Shown: in pieces, positions 24,951 through 37,925 of the stretch
How positions within the stretch are numbered: position 1 is the first letter of the stretch
Layout of the letters: each line of letters opens with the position of its first letter
Origin: Chiloscyllium plagiosum
Taxonomy: Eukaryota
Reading direction: 5' to 3'
Length of the DNA stretch: 64,000 bases
Assembly (NCBI RefSeq): GCF_004010195.1
Contig: NC_057758.1
Location: 8,645,011 to 8,709,010, forward strand
The notes under the pieces: generated by a model
What the model was told of the DNA's origin: nothing
Databases searched by the model: none
Seen by the model: only the letters and a program-made list of their open reading frames with translations
Made by a program: the position numbers and the translations under genes

Positions 24951-27174
24951 ACTGCAACAGAGAAAACGATTTTGAAATATAAATGATTAAGTATACACAT
25001 GATCGACTATCTACTTAAGTAATTGTACAGAGTCTTTAATTTCGATTCAGAAGGGTGTTTTATTTTAGTTGAAGTTACCGTTTCATTGCCGTAAATTGTA
25101 AACATTATTCACAAGAAGATGTAACGAAAGAAGTGTGACAATAAGTCGATCATTGTCAGCCTTATCATTGATTTTGTTATCTGCTGCAGTTGCTTCATTG
25201 CAAATAACGGCCAATATTTAGATATTTAGAATAGACTATAAAAGCATTTCCTGGAATGTTTTACACACGGACTTGTAACCTTGATCTGATTGGAATTTCA
25301 CGAGCAAATCTATAGCAATTGACACACTGGCGCCATCTTTCTACTACTAAAGAACATTATATGAAAGACGCAAGCTCTGGGAACAGAGTATGTATATTTG
25401 CTTTTGGAAAACGATGGAAAGAATTCACGACAATATTGCATTTTCCCATTATTTTTCAACTTCCACCACCACCAACATACTTACCAAGCTGCAACGCCCA
25501 ATCATAACTCCACAATTGCAGACTGTCTCTTGAAGTCGTCATTGTCTCAGGAACCGAGTTGTAAATTCCACGAAGTACGGACTAAAATCTCTACCAAGCA
25601 TGCAAAACCAAGTGGCGTGTAATGTTACAGAAATAATATATCCGCTACAGGAATATCTATTTAAATTTTCTAAAAGCAGGTATGGAAGAGGAGTCATGTA
25701 CGAACTACTGTTCACTGTACATTTCCACTCCTTGCCATACTTCCAAATGCAGAGAGTAATGGAGAGACATACGGATAAAATGGTCAGTGTTGAATGGTGG
25801 ACAAAGTGAAGTGAGAAAGACAAAAATGCATGCAGTAGGAATGTGAGTAGGAATTGACCAAAACTCTGGACTTGACGGTCTCGAACCTGGCATGGTCTAC
25901 CCACAATTTTATACAGAAATCTACACCAGAAAAGTTGGAAATACTCATCAGGTGCAGTAAATTCACTGGTGTGAAAAAGAATCTAGTAGATAACCTTTTA
26001 CTGGGACAGTATACATGGCTTATTTTAGATTTCCAGCATTCTTGATAATTCACTCTTCTTTTGGTGTTTTAGACAGATTTAGAATACAAATATTGCCACC
26101 GCTAACACAACCAACTCAAACCACTAACCTCCACGATCTTCCATTTTCTCCATAGGCTCGACAATAAAAATAATCCAGGTGCAAAGATAAAGGAATTGTA
26201 TAATTGCCCATTCAAATTCAGTGGGCATAAGGCAATCACTGTCAGATTGTCAGTTTTGGAAAAAAAAGATGAAACGTGAAAAGAGACAGAGACGTCGTGT
26301 TAGATGAAAACATTGTTTATTATTTCAGAATACCTGCACAGATAGAAAATAGTCAAATATATTTGGACCTGAATATAATGAATGTACTGAAATTAGGGAC
26401 GGGTAATACATGCTGGCACAACCAACTGCCTATATCCTACGAGTGAATTTTTTAAAGAAAATCTCTCCCATGTATCTCTTTCTGTGAATCTTAACCTAAC
26501 TAGATCATGTACAAATGCTCATAAATCCACTTGAATATCACGGCTGAGAGTCATGCTTCCTTAGTTAAGGAGTCCAAAACCATTCAGAAAATTTCAGCAG
26601 TGGTCCGACGAGAGTTTTTAAAGTTTGAACAATCTGCCTTGACACACTGTAACTTCTGAAATATCGGTCTACATTCTATTCACATTGTGCATTGCCCGAT
26701 GGAATTGAATGCTTAACTTTGAACTCGACAAGGAGAAATTCTCAAAGCCAGAGTGAGATGAGGAAAACATTATTCAATCAATGAGGAGTCAGTGTGTGAG
26801 ATGCAATACCTGCAAATATGATATTTCTATTGAGGGCTTTAAAAGTGACATTGAATTGTGATTTGAATAGAAAAGATATGCAAGGAGATTGGCACTGAGG
26901 GATAGTTCATTCGTTCGAATGGCTCCCTACCACACCGTAACTGGGCTTTAATTTAGTAAATCTGTGTCAGTCGCCACTTTAACTGGCGGGGCATGAATCC
27001 GTGGCATTCACTTCTATCGCATGAGCAGAGTTTGAGTATCACCTCGGACAATATTTGAAGGATGAATGGCTTAGAACGAGTGTAATGAATACAACGAGGT
27101 CGGTCAGATAGAACTCAGAGAAGGGAGTTCCCTGAATGGGGTTTTTAATCTGGCTGAATTACGAGTCCTGACAG

Positions 27175-27920
27175 ATAGAGTCACAGAGATTTACAGAACG
27201 GAAACACACTCTTCTTTCCAACTCATGCGTCACGAGCAGATATCCGAAGCTAATCGAGTGCCATTTGCCAGCACTTGCCACATTTCCCAATCAGTCCTTC
27301 CTATTCATATTCAGATTCAGATGATGCTTAAATGATTCCATTCAACCAGAACCCGCCACCTCCTGTGGCAGCCCATTCCACACAGGCACCACCCTCTGCG
27401 AGAAAACGATGGCACATATGTTCCTTTTACTTCTTTCACATCTCAACCTAAAGTATGCTTTCTTATTCCAGACTGTCCCACACCTGGGAAAAAGAAATTG
27501 ACTATTTATTCTATCCATCCCCGTATGATATTATTCAGCTTTATAAGGTCATCCCTCAGCATCCAACTCTCCAGGGAAAAGAGCTCCAGCCTATTCGGCC
27601 TCTCCCTCTAGCTCAAATCCTCCAATCCTGGCAAACTTGTAGAGCATTTGTGTATCCTTTGAAGTTTCTCAACATATTTTCGACAGGAAGGAGAACAAAA
27701 TTGGACACAATATTCCAAAAGTGGCCTAATTAACGTCCTCTACAGTCTCAGCATTACCTCTCAAATCCGAAACGCAATACTCTGACCAATAAAAGAAAGC
27801 ATACCAAAAGTTTTATTTCCTGTCCGAACTACATGCAATTCTACATTTAAAGAACTTAGAAGCGGCACTTCAAGATCTCTTTGGTCAGCAACACTCCCTA
27901 GGACCGAACCGTTCAACTGT
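27175..27920 (-). mobile_element. CR1/HER1-like LINE 3' part
   Basis: Tail homologous to 1420-1580 and 46030-46300. The minus strand encodes RPLLEYCVQF. Confidence 0.8.
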
Positions 27921-27961
27921 TAGATTATAACCTTGGATGTTATAATTTCTGACATCGTTGC

Positions 27962-28004
27962 CGCCCCCCCCCCCCCACCCCCACCACCACCACCACCACC
28001 GCCC
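27962..28004. repeat. poly-C / (CCA)n simple repeat
   Basis: Read directly from the sequence. Confidence 0.9.
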
Positions 28005-29191
28005 CTACACAGTACAACATAGAGTACACCAAATATTAATTACAACAAAACAGTGTGTACTCCTGGGCAGAACTTGTGTTCAGTTCTGATTCTTAAACCC
28101 AGGTTTGGTTGTTTGTTAATTGTATCAAATAGTTTCTATGAGCAGTGTCTTTTCGGATCAGAAAGGTTAGCTTTGTGCAAGATTTCGTCATCTCTTTCCA
28201 CGCAGTGAAAGGCTGTTCACCTTATGTGCTTCTGCTAGCTCTTTCAGAGCGATATTTTATTTCTCGACCAATCAAAACTGGGAGTACTTTTCTTGTTTTA
28301 TGTGGAGATACACTTCTAACTTTAAAATGAAACTGACAGGTTATTGAAACTTCGTTTTCTTACATTTTCAGGTAACCAGCATCATTCACTGTGACAAAAA
28401 ATAATCTCCCCATCTTCTCGGTTCCTTTCGCCGGTTACTGTCTTAATAATGATTTGAAGTTGAGTTCAATGTTTCACTGAGCTTTCTTTCGTCTTCCTGG
28501 TCTGGTTGTGAATCTTCCTTGATGTTTGTGGAAGGGTGAACAGATTGACACGAACAAAGGAAAACTAGCAATCTTACATTTGCAAAATGCAACATCTTGC
28601 ATTTATTAAAATTAACCTTCATCTGCTATTATTCAGATTATCGTTCTGTCTTATAAGGGAAAAATAAAAAGGTTAAACCAGTCAAGACAACCATGATCTC
28701 CTCACACAGGTTAAAGACCCGACACACACACATTCAACAGGACAGATGTTATGTACAGAACACGGCGCAAAGCCTGTGAAAGCACGTCTACATTGGACAA
28801 CTGGAAGAAAACAGTTCATACAAGTGCATAATCATCGACTTGTCACTGCCAGATACAACCATTACTCTTTCATTTCCGAATACACAGACAGTGAATGACA
28901 CGATTTCAAATACGGACAACGTCGCCATCCGAGCTCAGGCAAAGAGAGTGCATCAGAGTCGCTTAGAATTGTATTCACTAGAGATCTCGGAGAAAGCTAC
29001 AAAACTCCAACACTACTTAACAGCTTGGATGCAGAAGTATGTTCCCGATGATGACAGAGTCCAGAATCAATGGTCACAGTTTAACGATAAGGGAAAAATC
29101 TTTCAGGATTTAAATTTACTCAATCACTTGACATTCCCAGCCTTGTGCAGTAATCCACTCCGTCGAGTCAGTATCCGCTGGCTGAGGATAC

Positions 29192-29912
29192 TGTTAGGTC
29201 ACGGGGGAACCCACTGCTTAATTTAATCCAGCAACACGGAAAAGATTTAATGCTTGTTGTGATCTGCGAAAATTTCGAGAGGACAAGAACTATTTAAAGT
29301 AAAAATAAACAACTTTATTTCTTAAAGTATAATAGAGTATAACTAACTTGCAGCTATTTACAACTCCTTCATCTCACCGATATTTTACTTACCTTCTATA
29401 GTACTCGTCCAATAAAACCCCGATAAAGACTTGCTAAAAAATCGAATTTCAAAATCAGCCAACGGTTGAAAAATTTCTGTATATATTCCTCTTTAGGTTT
29501 GCTCCTCAGGTCGGTGCCGACTTTCTTTTCTTTCTGTGCCAAATCCTTCTGGAGACAGGTACGTTTCACAGAGTTCCCACGAGCCGCCGACATCTGTTGC
29601 TGTTTTTGGCATTTCTCCCCCAGCTGTGGATTTTTATTCAGTTTTCGACCCCAAGGCATCAGATCATTTCATTGGTGTTAATGTTGTCCAACTACCCAAT
29701 GCGGAATTGCTTGGAATTTGATATTTTGGGGCATAAGATAAACTGAGTGGCCGAATTCGATTTTGATTTCTTTTTGTCTCCAGTCAACCAGCTACACTAG
29801 CCGCTGGACTAAATGTCACATTGTAAATTATTCAGAACACTTGATGCTGTCTGGTAGTTCAGCTAGCTTTTAACTTTCTTAAAGCTACAGGACATTTCTC
29901 CACTTCCTACCA
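29192..29912 (-). mobile_element. Solo LTR of the Gmr1-like family
   Basis: TGTTA...CA ends and collinear similarity to 52584-53293 (aatttcgagagg, ctatttaaagtaaaa, agacaggtac, tggccgaatt). No clear target-site duplication. Confidence 0.75.
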
Positions 29913-30069
29913 GTGGAGAAAACTTTTCATGGCCACTCCATCGCACACTGTCAGTATTCTCTATGTCTCAACCAAATACGCCCCATGTCTGATCTAATTC
30001 TAACCTAATTCCTGTGCACTCGCAATGAGCTTTTATCCAAGTGGTTATTCTGAATCCATGAATCCTTCC

Positions 30070-30103
30070 ATCTGTCAGTCTGTCTGTCTGTCTGTCTGTC
30101 TCT
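30070..30103. repeat. (GTCT)n microsatellite
   Basis: Read directly from the sequence. Confidence 0.9.
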
Positions 30104-30119
30104 CCACAACTCCACAACT

Positions 30120-30449
30120 GGGCGGCACGGTGGCACAGTGGTTAGCACTGCTGCCTCACAGCGCCTGAGACCCGGGTTCAATTCCCGCCTCAGGCGACTG
30201 ACTGTGTGGAGTTTGCACGTTCTCCCCGTGTCTGCGTGGGTTTCCTCCGGGTGCTCCGGTTTCCTCCCACAGTCCAAAAGATGTGCAGGGTCAGGTGAAT
30301 TGGCCATGCTAAATTGCCCGTGGTGTTGTGTAAGGGGTAAATGTCGGGGTATGGGTGGGTTTCGCTTCGGCGGGTCGGTGTGGACTTGTTGGGCCGAAGG
30401 GCCTGTTTCCACACTGTAATGTAATCTAATCTAATGTAATCTAATCTAA
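30120..30449 (+). mobile_element. HE1-type V-SINE, full-length and young
   Basis: A-box TGGCACAGTGG, B-box GGTTCAATTCC, CpG-rich V-domain, LINE-derived tail, and (TCTAA/TGTAA)n end. Confidence 0.95.
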
Positions 30450-31199
30450 ACTCTTCTCTCTCTCTCCGCCTCTACCACACGCAGTTCCTGTTGGGCCTGC
30501 TGAGTTTAAGTCTGCCGGGGAGTCGAACTAGACAGGGAACGTTAACTCTGCTTCACTCTCTCACTCACTATTAGGGATGTTAACTCTCGCCCAGTGTTCT
30601 CTCAGCGTCTGATGACAATTGGGTTATGGACAAGAAATGGTAAACAGTGCAGCCGGCTTGAACGGGTAAGTTTAGGAGTCAGACCTCACACAGCCTCCAC
30701 AATCAATTCAAGCATCAAATGTGGTCAGTTTTCCGTGAACTCGGAGATAACCCTCTCGTCTGAGATCGCCGATTCTGATAACAGCGTTGTCCGGACAGGC
30801 ACAGACTCAGGGGAGATTCCATATTAATAGCTGGGCATACCAGTAACTAGCCAATGACCTTCAGCCAGTATCTCACTTGAAAGTGCCGTCACACGATTTC
30901 CAGCCAGCATTTTCTACATACTTGCTGGGAGAAAATAAATGTCTTCCTCACTTTAGCATTGCTTCTCTTGCGCAGCAATTTAAAGCTGTGCCCATCTTTC
31001 CCTTATTGAGCAAGAACAAATTATTGCTGTCTACTCAGTCCAACCCTGCTCCCTGACCCTTTGTCAGATCTCGTCTTCACCTTCTTCTTACCCGGGAGAT
31101 TAGGCCCAACTTCTTCAATTTATCCTCATCGCTGAAGTTAATAATCACTTAAAATATCCTTGTCAATCATCTGTGCATAATGTCCCTCAGGCGATGTCG

Positions 31200-32225
31200 A
31201 TGTTTCGCCGATCTGTGGAAACAATCTGAATCGCATCAAACCAACATTAGTTCATTTACATACATATGTGCATCAAATTACCATTTAAAACCTCTGAAAT
31301 TTGGCGAATCTACTATTGTTGCAATCAAGGTGTTCCACGTCCCGAGCCTCTGAGTGAGGAAATTACTTCCGATATCTGTTCCATATCTATTATCCCTCAA
31401 TTTAATGTTATGTCCCTTAATAATAGCTATCACTATCTGAGGAAAAAGCGTCTGACTGTCCAGACTATTGAACCCAATGATCATCTGATATGTCTCAATT
31501 AATTCGCCTCTCAGCCTCCTTCTCTCGAACGAAACAGCCTCACGCCCCTCAGCCTTTACAGATAAGATTTTCCCTCAGAGTAAATCTGCTCTGAAACCTT
31601 TACAATACTTTCACATTTTTTCCGAAAAGACGGTGACCAGACCTGTACGCAATATTCCAAGTGCGGCTGCCCCAGAGATTGTACAGCTACGACATGACAT
31701 CATGGTTCCAAACTTTGTCTCTTCACCAATAAAAGTCAAACTGCGTATGCCTTGTCGAAAACACTATCAACCTGTTTTGCAACTTTCAAGCTTCTATGTA
31801 CATGACAGGCGAGATCTCGTTGCTCTTCCGCACGAACAGGAACATAACCATTAGGCAATAACTCTGTTGCTTCTTCAAAAGTGAATCACCTCACACTTTT
31901 CACATTAAACTCCATTGACCACCTCTCCGCCCAGCACTACAGCTCATCTATGCCACTCTGTAGCCTGGAACATTCTTCAGCACAGTCCACAACTCTACCG
32001 ACCTTTTTGTCATCAGCAAATGTACTATCCGATCCTTCTCCACACTTATCCAGGTCATTTACAACAATGAAGAACAGCATTGGCCCTAAAACAGATCCTT
32101 GTTGTACACCACTAGTAATCTAAATTCAGGATGCACATTTACCACCACCCAGCACCGTCTGTCTTGTTTCAGCTGGCTAATTTCTGATCAATACCACCAA
32201 ATTACCCTCACTCACATGCCTCCGT
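31200..32225 (-). mobile_element. CR1-like LINE RT and 3' part
   Basis: GHNIKLRDNRYGTDIGSNFLTQR..TWNTL, and an FADD motif on the minus strand near 32010. Homologous to 15420-16500. Confidence 0.85.
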
Positions 32226-35200
32226 ATTTTTCGAGATATTTTCCGAAAATCTCCAAAGTTTGCACCCCAACCTCAATTTTCTTCCCCTCCTCAATATCGT
32301 CTCTCACTGAATATTGCCCTTTCTCATACATTGTGCAGCCTCCCAAATATTCCCCTGTCTCTAATTATCATTCCATCAAACATTTCGTTATCAAATATTT
32401 TATCCAAATCCAAATGATGCTTAACCTTGTATTCGTACCTTACCCCTCCATCTAATTTCACACCACTGTGAGACTTCATCATGCACAATAGTTCCTCCAA
32501 GTCTCGCCCTGTATTGATAAAAGCCCCGCTATATCTAGACACGTGCATAACAGCACCCGCCTTCCCCTCACTGAGCAGCAGACAGAAAAGTGCGTGTGAG
32601 AGAGAAGGAAAGAAGGGGGAGTCTAAGGGCAGAGACAGGGAGAGTAGGACAGAAGAACAGATAGAGGCAGTGAAAGGCAAGAAATAAGGTGAACACATTG
32701 GTGCTGAGAAACAGAATGATAAGTACAGAATGAACGGCAAAGAAATCGTCGGGACAGAGGAAGTCCCTCTGCATATGCTCGTGGAAAACCTCATTTCTTA
32801 CATTTCATGCACAGTGTGCTGTACATTGTTCGTGACACATGCTCTGTTTTGCTTTCCATTTCTATTCCCTTATTCCCTCCAACTACCGCGCCCTTCCTGT
32901 CAATTACACTCCTAACCCCTACTGTCTCTGCTGCGTATAGCCCATTGATATTTCTTAGACAAGACAGTCAGCATTTGCGTTTTGAATGGGACCAATGCTT
33001 TCTCATATCACATTGTATAAAATGCCATCAGGATACTTTGCTGTTCGGCCAGAACCGTGCAAAAATCCAGTGCACCTATTTTTCTTCCATCATTCTCATG
33101 TTCTCTGCACAGCAAATGATAAGTTGCCCAACACTATATGAGTTGGAACCCTGACACAACCACCGAAAATCACAGGCAGTGTTGTTGCTGTCAGCTTGGG
33201 CACTTTTGCACAAGATCTCTGTGACGATACAGATCTAGAATTCTTTCAAAAAACAAATAGAGAAACTGTTAAACTAGATCAATACTGCATGTATTGAGAT
33301 AAATGTGAGCTCATGTTTCGTGTACAGTGTACCTTCCTCAGAACGCTTCTTCTGCCAAGCCGTCCAATTCTGGCTGCATGATCTTAGGGTCAGTGCAGGT
33401 GTGAAATTTTGAAGTAAAAAGCGGAGAGTAAAGATACTATACGCACCGTTTTACACTGGGATGTGGTGTCCCAATGGAGTTGGTTGAGACTCTGGTCTGA
33501 TTAGATAAGTCTGAAATCAACATGTGGAATATTTTCAAGGTAGAAAATCAGTTAAGTCCTCTCGAATGGTAGTGAGCCCGTAATGATCAGATAGAAGGCA
33601 ATACGGGCTCAATGAACATGTAGTAGTGATCTTATCTATGCCGATAGCATTAGCTTATTTTCAGAGCTTTACACCTTGTCAAAATGTACTGTATGTCCTT
33701 TCTCCGACCACGATTTTAAAGGAGTCAGAATCCGTTGGAATTGACGACTCTGCATCCAAAAAAAACACCAATTATCGAAGTTTTTCAACATAAGCCAAAC
33801 TTGCTGAACGAGAGAAAGATGAAGAATGAACTGACAGATATTTTTTCTCAATTATGTAAGATACTTATAATGGTGAATGTGGAAAAAAAAAGGTTCCACT
33901 TGTGGAACAGCATGAAAGCGCAATGCAGCTAAGACCGTCTCTTTTAAAAATCAATCGAGATTCAGGACAAGTTTTTTTATTTTGTCTTGAAAATACGGAA
34001 ATAGTTATGACATTTTTTTTTTTGTTGAGGGATCACACGCATACATTTTAGGAGGAAAATAGGAAAATAGCAGAAATGGACAGACATCACTGGGGCAAAT
34101 TACCATTCCGAATTCAGGGTTAGAATGATATTTCAGATTACTCTTAATGCCATTTTTGTGAAGTAATATCACATGTTTAAAAATTCCATTACAATCACTG
34201 AATCGATATGATGTTTAAAGTTCCCTTGCATCTTGTGTAAAAGTGTATGCGTGAGTGATAGTGTGTGAGTGCATGTGTGGATATGTAAGCCCTTTTGTGT
34301 GAGATTGTGTGCACTTAAGTGAGAACTTGATTATCTGAGGTCGAGTTCGTGTGTGCCTATGCCTTTGTGTGACGATTGGACTGTACATGTCAGGAAAACT
34401 CCAATGACACAAATCATTTCAGAGAATAGGAAAATTTGTTGCAGTGCATTTCTCCTGAGAGACTCCCTCACGTTCTTAACACAGTCTCCTGGCAGTAATA
34501 GACAAAATATTATCTGTCCTCCTCATTGGCAGCGCCGTCATCTTAACTTGCTGAATTTTGCACTCTAATGCCCGGGTTTTAATGCTCAATGATTTCTCAT
34601 CATCTACGAAAAAACATCTGTGGTGTTTCTTTTGTTCCAACAACTCCGAATCATNNNNNNNNNNNNNNNNNNNNNNNNNNNNNNNNNNNNNNNNNNNNNN
34701 NNNNNNNNNNNNNNNNNNNNNNNNNNNNNNNNNNNNNNNNNNNNNNNNNNNNNNNNNNNNNNNNNNNNNNNNNNNNNNNNNNNNNNNNNNNNNNNNNNNN
34801 NNNNNNNNNNNNNNNNNNNNNNNNNNNNNNNNNNNNNNNNNNNNNNNNNNNNNNNNNNNNNNNNNNNNNNNNNNNNNNNNNNNNNNNNNNNNNNNNNNNN
34901 NNNNNNNNNNNNNNNNNNNNNNNNNNNNNNNNNNNNNNNNNNNNNNNNNNNNNNNNNNNNNNNNNNNNNNNNNNNNNNNNNNNNNNNNNNNNNNNNNNNN
35001 NNNNNNNNNNNNNNNNNNNNNNNNNNNNNNNNNNNNNNNNNNNNNNNNNNNNNNNNNNNNNNNNNNNNNNNNNNNNNNNNNNNNNNNNNNNNNNNNNNNN
35101 NNNNNNNNNNNNNNNNNNNNNNNNNNNNNNNNNNNNNNNNNNNNNNNNNNNNNNGAGGTTGGTGAATAAAGAAAGAGAGTCAGTTCATTCCTTCTCACCC

Positions 35201-35303
35201 AAGACCGTGACAATCTGGAGTCTCCCATCCAGAATCAGAATAACTTTGCAAATCTCACCTAGAGTTTAAACGTAAAATGCTACACCACAGTGCTACACAA
35301 CAT

Positions 35304-35589
35304 GTTCAATTCCTGCCTCAGGCGACTGACTGTGTGGAGTTTGCACGTTCTCCCCGTGTCTGCGTGGGTTTCCTCCCACAGTCCAAAGATGTGCAGGTCA
35401 TGTGAATTGGCCATGATAAATTGCCCATAGTGTGAGGTAAGGGGTAAATGTAGGGGTATGGGTGGGTTGCGCTTCGGCGGTTCGGTGTGGACTTGTTGGG
35501 CTGAATGGCCTGTTTCCACGCTGCAATTTAATCTCATCTAATCTAATCTAATCTAATCTAATCTAATCTAATCTAATCTAATCTAATCT
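35304..35589 (+). mobile_element. HE1-type V-SINE, 5'-truncated, with long (ATCTA)n tail
   Basis: Near-identical to 30177-30449, with a deletion between the two ggtttcctcc repeats. Confidence 0.93.
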
Positions 35590-35899
35590 GTTTCCACAGA
35601 GGGGAGAACAGAAAAATCTTCCCGAAATGTGAGGGAATATGGTGACTGGCGAAAATGTGGAACTGCAAGAAGTTAGAATTATGAAAGAGGAAGTACTGAG
35701 GATAAAGAAAAACAAAGCTCATTGTATTAAATGTTGCTAAATTGCTGGACTAAATGAGTTATGAAGTTAGAGGGCTACAGATTTAGGGATGGAGAGTTGT
35801 GCCTGCCCGGGAGCTCTTTCGAGTGCAGGTACAGACACGATAGGTCAATGGCCTAAATCTGTACTGTCAATTCCTTAACTCTATGAGGGAGGACAAAGT

Positions 35900-36700
35900 A
35901 TGAAAGGATTCTGCAGACTTGGAAGTAGCTACTGTGACCACAAACATTTACAACAGGAGCGAGATGGAAAACAGCATACCAACTGATGATATCAGTTGTG
36001 AGGGAAAATTTTAGAATTTTTTAGTAATTCATAATAATTAGATCTTTGGCGAATAATTATATGATTTGCGGAGTCAGCCTAGATTTTAGAAATGGAAATC
36101 GTTTTTGATAAAACACTTGGAGTTTGTGGAGGATGTTGATTGTGACATCGACAAATGAGAACCAATGGGAAGAGTGTATTTGAATTTTCAGGAGGCTATT
36201 GACAGGTGAGTGAAGAACGTTAGAGTCCTTGTGTAAGGAGTGAATATACTACATGGATTGAGAATTGGTTAATGGGGAGAATACAGAGAGTAAGATTCTG
36301 CTCTGGACTAAAGGTCATTGCTCATAGGGTATCCCATATATCAGTGCTTGGAGCACAGCTGTTCACAAGGCAAAGAAATGATTTGAATGTGAGCAACAAA
36401 TACTGTTCTTTTCATTTTGTATTTATTAGAAGATGAAAGGTTGAGAAGTGCAGTTCTCACTTACACTATTCACATTAGCCAGCAAGTAATCAGGACAGTA
36501 AATGGTACTTTGTCCTTCATTTTAAAATTATTCAAGTGTTGGAGTAAATTCATCTTCCTGCAATTGTAGAGTGTTGCTTGGACAGTATTTTGGCCACTGA
36601 TTAAAGATTCTCTCTCCTTTATAAGGAATAATTACATTGCGACTGAGATAGTGCAAAATACTTTCACCAGACTTATTCCTGGGATGATGGTACCGTGAGG
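35900..36700 (+). mobile_element. CR1-like LINE RT, old and degenerate
   Basis: Collinear remnants: atggattgagaattggtt, cagtgcttggagcacagctgttcaca and ttcaccagacttattcctgggatg. Confidence 0.65.
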
Positions 36701-36870
36701 AAAGTGTGAGGAAAATGAGTGTTAAGTGCGTAGCGCTGAGAGAAAATAACAGGCTTTTATTATTAAAATTAACGATTAGTGACTAGCACTCATTTTGTCA
36801 AGAAAAAGACAGTGATCATGTGAAAAATGTATATTTTTCCATGATATTTGATTCCCAATAGTTCACTTAC

Positions 36871-37118
36871 CTGCATGGAGCCCCCATGTTGGTTGAGGGA
36901 TCGCTCCAGGCTCTGAATGAACTCTCACTGTCTCAATATGCAGTTGATGTGTGAACCTGCACTGTTCACAAATCTGTCAGCAGCCCAAATACCTTATTCC
37001 TGAATGGGTTAGCCATTCCCACCAGGTTGGAACGTCCATCGAAATACCAGTCTATCTTCTCGGAGATAAGAGCTTTTTCCTTGAAACTTGGCACAAACCA
37101 GCAACTTTCCCTTCTCAC
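36871..37118 (-). other. Candidate degraded exon of unknown gene
   Basis: Non-repetitive 248 bp between ttttcaaAG and CAG|GTAAGT. All three frames contain stops. Confidence 0.3.
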
Positions 37119-37564
37119 CTTTGAAAAACCAAATTAAAGTAACACGTGTACCACTGGCAATAGATCCAGGAGGAACAACATGGAGAAGTTTATCTGCGTA
37201 GTCTCTGCTTCACTGTCTGTCATGTTGGGGCATCAATGACATCTTCCTATTTCTGCATATTTACCTTGAAAGGCTGAATGGCCTCTTCCTGCTCACATGA
37301 AGAGGCTCGAAGACCTGACTTGGCAACTCCTTGTTCCTGTTGAACACCTCGATGTGCTGACGACACTCCTTCCCTCCTCGTGTAATCGGCAGGATGGACT
37401 GAATGGGCTATCCCTGTTTGTATTCAATAGTTTCAGTGGGTTGAATATATTCCGTTGAAACCAGCTTGAGGTGTTGAATGAGCTCCTCTTATTTTACTGT
37501 AGAACACTAAAAAGAGGCATTTCTAGTAAGACTGTTACAGGAGAGTTACCTTCACTTTAACAGC

Positions 37565-37925
37565 ACAGTTTGGATGCTATCCAGGTCTTGCTGCACATGG
37601 ACACGGACTGCTTCAGCAGTGGACAGGTGACAAATTATTCTTAATGTTGTGTGATCTTCAGAGAATACCTCCAATTCTAACTTTAAGATTTGGGAAAGAC
37701 ATTGAAACAGCTGAAGAAAGCTACCTTGAGGATGTTGGCCGAGATGTCCTGTGAATGAAATGATTGAGCCACACCAACCACAAATATCTTCCCTTGTCCT
37801 GTGAATGCCTCTAACCAGTGGGGAGTTTACAATTCATTCCCATTACATTCTGTTCTGTTCGGGGTTCATTGATACCATCCACAGTTAAATCCTGCCTTGA
37901 TTTCAGGGCCAGTCACTCTTACGGC
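37565..37925 (-). mobile_element. LINE RT fragment (family of 3850-5490)
   Basis: Reverse complement aligns by eye to 4420-4760 (agagtgactggccctgaaatcaagg; ctgaagcagtccgtg). Confidence 0.65.

Noticed and set aside
27938..28397. TGTTA...TGACA-bounded LTR-like segment
   Set aside because: There is no second copy, PBS or clear target-site duplication, so it is too weak to call.
30005..30419. ORFs of 74-135 aa over the SINE; tRNA-like head
   Set aside because: These are chance frames in a GC-rich SINE. The head is SINE-derived, not a tRNA gene.
32324..32794. 156-aa minus-strand ORF
   Set aside because: The N-terminal half is low-complexity pyrimidine-rich sequence and the rest resembles a decayed CR1 3' end.
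35286..35313. CACAGTG CTACA resembling a V(D)J 12-RSS
   Set aside because: There is no ACAAAAACC nonamer (the SINE begins there) and no V or D segment upstream.
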